64,000 bases of DNA from a phage. Shown here piece after piece: positions 58,250 to 64,000 of the stretch (position 1 is the stretch's first letter; every line of letters begins with the position of its first letter). The stretch lies in sequence record PZ445437.1; one strand, given 5' to 3'. The translations under genes were made by a program, and so were the position numbers. A model generated the notes under the pieces. That model was given only the letters and a program-made list of their open reading frames with translations, was not told the origin of the DNA and made no database searches.

Positions 58250-59218
58250 TTATTTCAGAAGAGTAACCTCAGCAATTTCTTCCCAACCATTTTTGTCGGT
58301 CATAATAAAGTCAGCAAGATAAAGAGCAGTACGCAGTGAAACATTGCGTAAACGATTAACATTGACTTTCATCCATGATAATGCTTTATAAGTTTCTTCA
58401 TCAGAAAGACCGCGCTTTTGCATCATATCAGTCGAAAGAATAACATCTTCAACCCTGACCATAATTTCTTCATTAGTGTGAACACCCAAATCCAAATAAA
58501 CTGAGCGGGACACTAATGCTTGTAAATGTGGAGCAAGTTTAGTACCACGGTCTAATTCGCGGTCAATGTCAACGTTTGTGATAAAAACAATCGTTCCTTT
58601 AAATTCAAACTCACGCTCAATGCCTTTTTCTTCTAAGTAAGAAGATGCAGTGCTCCAGCAGACTTTACGGGTCTCTCCAGTGTCCAGAGCAGCTTTCAGA
58701 AGATTAAGAATGTCCATATCAGAGAAAACATCCACATCATCAATCAAAAGGACAGAATTCTCTTCACGATTATTCCAAAGCTGTTCATAAAGACCGATAC
58801 CAGAGATTTTACCGTTAATGCTTTTATATTCAATGTATCCAATATCATTTGCTTTATTTAAAGCTTTATCTAAAGAATACGTTTTACCAATACCCGCCGC
58901 ACCAGAGATAATTAATGAACGAATATTTCCATTAATAATACCATTCGTCATCATTCCCATAACATTAAATCTTTTATTAATGCGGGTTTTCATATCTTCA
59001 TATGATTCTTTAACTTCTTCAACTTTTACACCATCATATGAAATGTCTGATTTATAAACCCAAACACCGCGACGTTTACCGTCAATTTCAACAAAAACTT
59101 TACCATCTCCTTGTGCATCTACCGGAGCATTATCTGGGAACCATTCGCCTAAGAGCTCAAAAGTTCCAGAGATTTCTTTACCGAAGTAGATACCCTTATT
59201 GATAGTTACAGTTTTCAT
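58250..59218 (-). CDS. P-loop NTPase, AAA+-like ATPase (322 aa)
   Basis: Walker A ISGAAGIGKTYS, Walker B VLLIDDVD, sensor-like IVFITN; N-terminal about 100-aa extra domain. Confidence 0.55.
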   Translation of the reverse strand: MKTVTINKGIYFGKEISGTFELLGEWFPDNAPVDAQGDGKVFVEIDGKRRGVWVYKSDISYDGVKVEEVKESYEDMKTRINKRFNVMGMMTNGIINGNIRSLIISGAAGIGKTYSLDKALNKANDIGYIEYKSINGKISGIGLYEQLWNNREENSVLLIDDVDVFSDMDILNLLKAALDTGETRKVCWSTASSYLEEKGIEREFEFKGTIVFITNVDIDRELDRGTKLAPHLQALVSRSVYLDLGVHTNEEIMVRVEDVILSTDMMQKRGLSDEETYKALSWMKVNVNRLRNVSLRTALYLADFIMTDKNGWEEIAEVTLLK

Positions 59219-59275
59219 TTTATTCTCCTTTGATTTGATAGGACTACTATAACATAGTCCTATCAGTTTGTATAC

Positions 59276-59476
59276 TTATTTTGACATTTCTTCGATGTCA
59301 CGACGATACCCGTCACGAACTTCACGAAGAGCTTCAAGGCCACACATAGGCTCGATACCTGTAATGTGAACTTGATTAATCTGATACTCTACATCTTCTA
59401 ACTGAGCGAAAACATAACGACGTTCAGCTGCACAACCAGATTTAGCTTTACCGAAACGTTTATTCAAAGTAGTCAT
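59276..59476 (-). CDS. Hypothetical protein (66 aa)
   Basis: ORF. Confidence 0.4.
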   Translation of the reverse strand: MTTLNKRFGKAKSGCAAERRYVFAQLEDVEYQINQVHITGIEPMCGLEALREVRDGYRRDIEEMSK

Positions 59477-59574
59477 TTTGTATCTCCAATTTACTCATTT
59501 GTTTTGATAGGTCTATAGTATCAACAACTACAGACCATGTAAACCGTTTTGTGAAAAATTTTTGAAATAAAAAA

Positions 59575-59592
59575 GGGAGCCCGAAGGCTCCC
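59575..59592 (-). terminator. Rho-independent terminator hairpin
   Basis: gggagcc-cgaa-ggctccc followed by a U-tract on the minus transcript. Confidence 0.55.
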
Positions 59593-59594
59593 TA

Positions 59595-60608
59595 TCATTT
59601 ATAATAACTTCGGTGGTTTTCAAGATAGACCTTCTCAAGGAAGTCATCCCAGAAACTCATGTCTACTGTTTTAGGCATACCGTTCTTAGAAGCTTCAGTA
59701 GATGCTGCTTCTACTTGATCGACCACATCTTCCAAAAACTCTTGAACTGTTTTAAATGGATGTTTACCCAACTTCACGTCGAGAATAAATGGAGCATCTT
59801 GAAGTGGATAGACTAAGTCACCAGTTTTGTAAATTTCCAATAGTTGGAGTCCACCACGACAAGCATGACTCAAAGCTTTCCAGTCAATACCTTCATTGGC
59901 TTCAGCCTTACGAGCACGTTCACCGTATTCAGCATCTAATTTGTTCAGTGACTGCTTAAGCTCAATAAGAGAAAGCGTTGTCTGATATTTACGACCCAAC
60001 ACTGTGTAAAACGTCTGTGGGCCTGTTTTCTCATGATTATGGAACACCCATTCACAGAATTCGTTTTCTGGAAGACGATGCTTAATATCTTCAACTTTAG
60101 TACGACGCTGCTTAATGGAACCGTCTTCTTGGTAATCAACCCATTGCTCAGGGATTTGATTAACTACTTTCAATACATCGCGTAATGCAGCCAAACGAGA
60201 ACCCTTGACACCGTATTTAGAAGCTTGCTTGCGGACATATCCTAAATAGGATTTCATGTTAGTCGTATAAAAACGAGAACGGTTGTCTTGAATAAACTTC
60301 CACACATCAGGCAAATCAGATTTAACCACTAGTTCAGGTGGAGTGTGAAGCATATCCAATGCTACAGTTTCACCATCTGCTGCTAATTTAAAGAAATATT
60401 TAAGACTGTATAGTTCATGGTCAATATCATCTTTAGTGTTTTTAGATGATGTGTTGTTAGTGTTTTTACTCATGTGCTCTTTGACATTTCCGATAAGAAT
60501 ATCACGAGCAGGAGGAACAAAAATTTCTTTAAAATCTACATCAGATTCTGGGGTAGAAGTTCCATAAAGATGACTACCAAAATAGCTTTTCATTACTGTT
60601 TTCATCAT
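59595..60608 (-). CDS. Pol-beta-superfamily nucleotidyltransferase-like protein (337 aa)
   Basis: N-terminal GS...DxD signature FGSHLYGTSTPESDVDF with a downstream acidic strand VALDMLH. Confidence 0.5.
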   Translation of the reverse strand: MMKTVMKSYFGSHLYGTSTPESDVDFKEIFVPPARDILIGNVKEHMSKNTNNTSSKNTKDDIDHELYSLKYFFKLAADGETVALDMLHTPPELVVKSDLPDVWKFIQDNRSRFYTTNMKSYLGYVRKQASKYGVKGSRLAALRDVLKVVNQIPEQWVDYQEDGSIKQRRTKVEDIKHRLPENEFCEWVFHNHEKTGPQTFYTVLGRKYQTTLSLIELKQSLNKLDAEYGERARKAEANEGIDWKALSHACRGGLQLLEIYKTGDLVYPLQDAPFILDVKLGKHPFKTVQEFLEDVVDQVEAASTEASKNGMPKTVDMSFWDDFLEKVYLENHRSYYK

Positions 60609-60716
60609 TCAGCCTTATATTCAATAACAGGACATACTTTAGCTTTACGAGCTTTTAAAAATTCAACGATAATCGATTTCTTGGGTTGAATAGGAGGTAA
60701 ACCTTTATACGCCCTA

Positions 60717-61067
60717 TCAATATTTTCTATGTGTAAAGCATAATCCTTTTTTCCATTTATAATCTTTATATTTTTCATGCAAATGTGCAGGAATAACAAA
60801 TGAACCGATAATAAGTAAAACAACCAAAAGCGCAAGTATAAATGCTGATGGAAGAAGAGTCCATAAACTACCGAAAATAAGCCAACGTTGTAGGCTTTCT
60901 GCACAAATAATTGTTAGCCCTACGAGTATAGCACATCCAAAAATAGAAACGAAAAATGTAGGAATGGCAATAGACCAAAAATATGCGCATAGTGTCTTAG
61001 GTCGTTGCCATTCATCGTTAAACAATTTGAATAATTTATAGTGCCAAGCGTTTTCATTAATAATCAT
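60717..61067 (-). CDS. Membrane protein (116 aa)
   Basis: Two or three hydrophobic segments (IAIPTFFVSIFGCAILVGLTIICA; FILALLVVLLIIGSFVIPA). Confidence 0.45.
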   Translation of the reverse strand: MIINENAWHYKLFKLFNDEWQRPKTLCAYFWSIAIPTFFVSIFGCAILVGLTIICAESLQRWLIFGSLWTLLPSAFILALLVVLLIIGSFVIPAHLHEKYKDYKWKKGLCFTHRKY

Positions 61068-61069
61068 AA

Positions 61070-61360
61070 TTATCCTTTCATTGAAGGCGTAACAGTTGTT
61101 AAATACTTAATCATAGCTTCAGCTTCTGATTTTGATAATGAAATTTCTCCATTGTTTTGACGAATAGAAATAAAATCCGGATGACGGTCACCACCAGCTT
61201 TTAAAACACACATATAAGTATCAACTTCATCACACATATTATAACGTTTCTTAAGAAGTTCTACAAGTTCTTCACTAGTAACTTCATCCATGTCGACGAA
61301 AAAATCACCATTAATGATGACGTAGATATTTCCTTCTTGATTGAGTGCTTCAATTTTCAT
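61070..61360 (-). CDS. Hypothetical protein (about 96 aa)
   Basis: Start placed at the internal ATG downstream of the promoter cassette. Confidence 0.45.
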   Translation of the reverse strand: MKIEALNQEGNIYVIINGDFFVDMDEVTSEELVELLKKRYNMCDEVDTYMCVLKAGGDRHPDFISIRQNNGEISLSKSEAEAMIKYLTTVTPSMKG

Positions 61361-61388
61361 GATGTTCTCCTCTTTATCTGATAGTTGT

Positions 61389-61418
61389 ATAGTACCACAG
61401 CTCAAACGGAAAGTAAAC
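61389..61418 (-). promoter_or_regulatory. T4-type early promoter cassette
   Basis: GTTTAC, 18 nt, TACTAT. Confidence 0.5.
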
Positions 61419-61434
61419 CGGTAAAATGAAAAAA

Positions 61435-61450
61435 GTCTCCCGAAGGAGAC
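61435..61450 (-). terminator. Terminator hairpin
   Basis: gtctcc-cgaa-ggagac with U-tract. Confidence 0.5.
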
Positions 61451-61455
61451 TAATG

Positions 61456-61842
61456 TTATTCGAGGGAAAGAAGATACTTACTCTGATAAAACATTCCAGT
61501 AATATCATCTATCGTGCTTTGGATGGCTGGAGGCATTTCTTTATAAATGCTGTTAGATTGGTCTAGTATGCGATCAATCATTTTAATTGTGTCGGTAGGA
61601 AGTTTACTGGCATCTGGAATTGAAGGTGTGTATTTTCTACCAGAATACCCCAAATATTGCTCACCAAATTTATCAATCAAATCTGGCAACTCGGAGAAAA
61701 TAAAATCGTATGCTTTGTGTCTAGCATAATTTTTAGTTTCAAAATGTGCAGAATGAAAATAAGCTTGTGCAGCCATTAATAAACCTAAGTATTCATCTGC
61801 CTTTGAAGGTTTTCCACTTTGTGAAAAGTCGCTGAATTTCAT
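61456..61842 (-). CDS. Hypothetical protein (128 aa)
   Basis: ORF coupled to rI. Confidence 0.45.
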   Translation of the reverse strand: MKFSDFSQSGKPSKADEYLGLLMAAQAYFHSAHFETKNYARHKAYDFIFSELPDLIDKFGEQYLGYSGRKYTPSIPDASKLPTDTIKMIDRILDQSNSIYKEMPPAIQSTIDDITGMFYQSKYLLSLE

Positions 61843-62132
61843 TCAGTCTCCAATTTAATGTTCATAATTCTAGCGTATGATTGTGCCATCTCCGCGCCTC
61901 GTTCTATACATTCAAAATCAGAAGAGCACGGGTCATTTTTATAGGTCGTTCTCATAAAACTATAGAATTGTTCAGACGATTCTATAGTTTTATTTTCAAA
62001 AAGCATATAAACGTGCCTAATACCAGATTCCATAAATTTATCAAAATGAGGATCGACATTCGCTTCAATCGATGGAGATAAAACAAATGACAATCCTAGC
62101 ATGGCAAAAAGTGCCGTTGCTTTTAAGGCCAT
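61839..62132 (-). CDS. rI: RI lysis-inhibition regulator
   Basis: 97 aa, the length of T4 RI; N-terminal signal-anchor MALKATALFAMLGLSFVLSPSIEA; adjacent to tk. Confidence 0.7.
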   Translation of the reverse strand: MALKATALFAMLGLSFVLSPSIEANVDPHFDKFMESGIRHVYMLFENKTIESSEQFYSFMRTTYKNDPCSSDFECIERGAEMAQSYARIMNIKLETE

Positions 62133-62144
62133 AAAGGCCTCCTA

Positions 62145-62357
62145 TCATTTTTGTCCTGTATTTACTTTATGCCGATGCACGGCCTTAACTTTATCAAGGT
62201 ATTTTTCAAAATTTCGCAATCTAGTATAGTCTGCCGGAGATTGGTTGAGTGATACTTCTCGACGCAAAGCTGAAATGATATTTCCAACTTCCCTACGAAT
62301 TTCATCTAATTGAAGCACAGTAAGATTGCGAAGTTGCTTTTCAGTTAATTGTAGCAT
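62145..62357 (-). CDS. Hypothetical protein (70 aa)
   Basis: ORF. Confidence 0.45.
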
Positions 62358-62399
62358 ATATACCCCTTTAGTTAGATAAACCTATTTATAACTTTTACA

Positions 62400-62981
62400 C
62401 TAACCGAGCTTTTTAGTTAATTCATTCCAATGTTTTCTGCACAAAGAAACATAAATTTCATCACCAATACAGATTTGATTACCTTCTTTAACTGGTGTTC
62501 CATCTTCCATTAATCGAGCTGTCATAATCGCTTTTTTGCCGCAATGACAAACTGCCTTTAGTTCAATAAGTTTATCTGCAATCGCTAAAAGTTCTTTAGA
62601 ACCTTCAAACAATTTTCCAGCGAAATCAGTCCTTAATCCATAAGCCATAACAGGAACATTATATGTATCAACAATTCGACTTAATTGATGCACCTGTTCA
62701 GTTTTTAAAAACTGAGCTTCATCTACAAATACGCAATGAATATCTTTTTGTGCTTCAGCCCATTTATAGAACTCGAAAATATCCATATCATCTGTAATAA
62801 TATTCGCTTCCTGTTTAATTCCAATGCGAGAAACAACTTCACAGACAGAATCGCGAGTATCAATAGCAGGCTTAAGAACTAATACACTCATTCCACGTTC
62901 TTTATAATTATGTGCAGCAGTCAAAAGAGAAGCAGATTTTCCAGCATTCATTGCTGCATAAGTAAAAATTAAACTCGCCAT
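62400..62981 (-). CDS. tk: Thymidine kinase
   Basis: 193 aa, the length of T4 Tk; Walker A AAMNAGKSA and C-terminal zinc-binding Cys pairs. Confidence 0.9.
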   Translation of the reverse strand: MASLIFTYAAMNAGKSASLLTAAHNYKERGMSVLVLKPAIDTRDSVCEVVSRIGIKQEANIITDDMDIFEFYKWAEAQKDIHCVFVDEAQFLKTEQVHQLSRIVDTYNVPVMAYGLRTDFAGKLFEGSKELLAIADKLIELKAVCHCGKKAIMTARLMEDGTPVKEGNQICIGDEIYVSLCRKHWNELTKKLG

Positions 62982-62982
62982 C

Positions 62983-63171
62983 TTAGTCCTTAGTTAAATT
63001 TTCTAAATATGTTTCTAAATCATTTTCAGCTTTATCGATAGATTTTACTAATTCGTAATATGTTTCGGCATCTCCATATTCAGAAGATATTTCAAAAGAC
63101 AAATCCTTTTCTAAACTAATAATTTCACCAACTAAAAATAATATTTCGTTCTTTTGTTCGCGAGTAATCAT
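62983..63171 (-). CDS. Hypothetical protein (62 aa)
   Basis: ORF; paralog-like to the next ORF. Confidence 0.45.
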   Translation of the reverse strand: MITREQKNEILFLVGEIISLEKDLSFEISSEYGDAETYYELVKSIDKAENDLETYLENLTKD

Positions 63172-63353
63172 AAGGAATTTATATAATTAATAAGTTCTTG
63201 TTCTTTATTATCGAATTCTTTAGAAAGTTCTTCGTACTCGTTTGCACTAAAAGGACCGCATTCATTACAAACTTTTTCCAATTCGCTATTTTTATCCATA
63301 ACTTCGTGGATAAGAGAAAAGAGTTTGTCTTTTTGTTCTTTGCTTAGGCTCAT
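63168..63353 (-). CDS. Hypothetical protein (61 aa)
   Basis: ORF; shared EQK..L..L..E pattern with the previous ORF. Confidence 0.45.
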   Translation of the reverse strand: MSLSKEQKDKLFSLIHEVMDKNSELEKVCNECGPFSANEYEELSKEFDNKEQELINYINSL

Positions 63354-63519
63354 ATATTAATTTCCAGAAGTTTTAAAATAATTCGCTTTTGCTTAAATAT
63401 TTCCATAGTTAAATGATCAGTATCTTTTTGACCAATTCCAATGGCAAAACCTTTATTAGCAGCGAGTTCAATTAAATTATCAAGTTCACGTAACACTTCG
63501 TACTGTAACTCAGAACTAT

Positions 63520-63732
63520 TCATTTCGGTTTACCTTCTTTAACGAAATCTGGATAAGGATAAAATCCCGAATAAAATCCTTCACCTTTATGATTGACGCA
63601 TCCTTTATTAGAACAATAGCACCAATAATCGAAATCACAAGCCATTTCATCGTTGCATAAAGCAAAAACAACCGGCCACTTACACTTTTCACAATGGGCA
63701 TTTTTAAGAATACTAGTTTGGCTCATAACCAT
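63520..63732 (-). CDS. Cys-rich small protein (70 aa)
   Basis: Multiple Cys pairs (CEKCKWP...CYCSNKGC) suggest a zinc-binding fold. Confidence 0.45.
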   Translation of the reverse strand: MVMSQTSILKNAHCEKCKWPVVFALCNDEMACDFDYWCYCSNKGCVNHKGEGFYSGFYPYPDFVKEGKPK

Positions 63733-63935
63733 GTCACCTTTAAGCAGTATTCTTCTACATGCTGTTTACGACCTTTCTTATCAATAAAGGTATATTCAAC
63801 GAATGTTCCAATGTAGTCTTTATCTACATCATGTGGACTATTAATTGGACATTTAGTACGGCAAATGCGTTCCCATTGACGAATAATTACTGCCTTATTC
63901 TTTGGGTCATACGGATGTGGATAATGTATATTCAT
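63723..63935 (-). CDS. Hypothetical protein (70 aa from ATG)
   Basis: The track start is TTG; the ATG at 63933-63935 overlaps the upstream stop (ATGA). Confidence 0.45.
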   Translation of the reverse strand: MNIHYPHPYDPKNKAVIIRQWERICRTKCPINSPHDVDKDYIGTFVEYTFIDKKGRKQHVEEYCLKVTWL

Positions 63936-64000
63936 AATAACGGTTCCCAATCAACAATCACAATTTCTAATTTAGAGGAATATGTATCTAAAATCCCCTC
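63932..64000 (-). CDS. Partial CDS, 3' end only (gene continues beyond window end)
   Basis: Minus-strand frame open from the window edge to TGA at 63932-63934 (...EGILDTYSSKLEIVIVDWEPLL). Confidence 0.4.
   Translation of the reverse strand, partial: EGILDTYSSKLEIVIVDWEPLL

Noticed and set aside
60605-60904. 99-aa ORF overlapping the 116-aa membrane-protein ORF
   Set aside because: It overlaps by about 190 nt in another frame and its N-terminal part mirrors the hydrophobic codon bias of the membrane gene; only a short C-terminal portion could be real, so it was not called.
3660-61420. Possibility that the repeated 50-60-bp elements form a CRISPR array or transposon terminal repeats
   Set aside because: Copies are dispersed irregularly at gene starts, always in the same orientation relative to the downstream ORF, and contain recognisable -35/-10 hexamers and an SD, so they are promoter cassettes.
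1-64000. tRNA or other structured RNA genes
   Set aside because: No stretch showed a tRNA-like cloverleaf on reading. By recalled T4 gene order the tRNA cluster lies outside this region, and the intergenic hairpins found are short GC stems with tetraloops typical of terminators.

Overview
This window reads as one contiguous stretch of a T-even (T4-like, Tequatrovirus-type) myovirus genome. All calls rest on reading the six-frame translations for motifs, on protein lengths and on gene order; no database search was possible, so T4 gene names are synteny- and motif-based assignments. The window opens with the 3' end of a glycine-rich gene 38 adhesin and holin t on the plus strand, then runs through the large minus-strand early/middle block: asiA, motA, topoisomerase 52, stp, ndd, denB, rIIB, rIIA, an unsplit topoisomerase gene 39, goF/cef/motB, dexA, dda, srd, modA/modB, soc, dCTPase 56, primase 61, sp, dmd, helicase 41, uvsX, a GT-A-type glycosyltransferase, 42, imm, DNA polymerase 43, regA, 62/44/45, rpbA, 46/47, a-gt, sigma factor 55, nrdH/nrdG/nrdD, endonuclease VII, nrdC, a variable accessory block, rI and tk. 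I found no rRNA, tRNA or CRISPR array. Regulatory structure is dense: repeated early-promoter cassettes (GTTTAC, 17-18 nt, TACTAT, then a conserved leader with GGAGGA), GC-rich tetraloop terminator hairpins, one MotA-box middle promoter and the gene 43 translational operator hairpin. I did not find a clearly novel multi-gene system. The items most worth follow-up are a candidate +1 frameshift (or disrupted) ORF between regA and gene 43, homing-endonuclease insertions around nrdD/nrdG and after gene 47, an AAA+ ATPase plus Pol-beta-type nucleotidyltransferase pair in the nrdC-rI block, and a strongly SD-equipped plus-strand mini-gene between 56 and 61.
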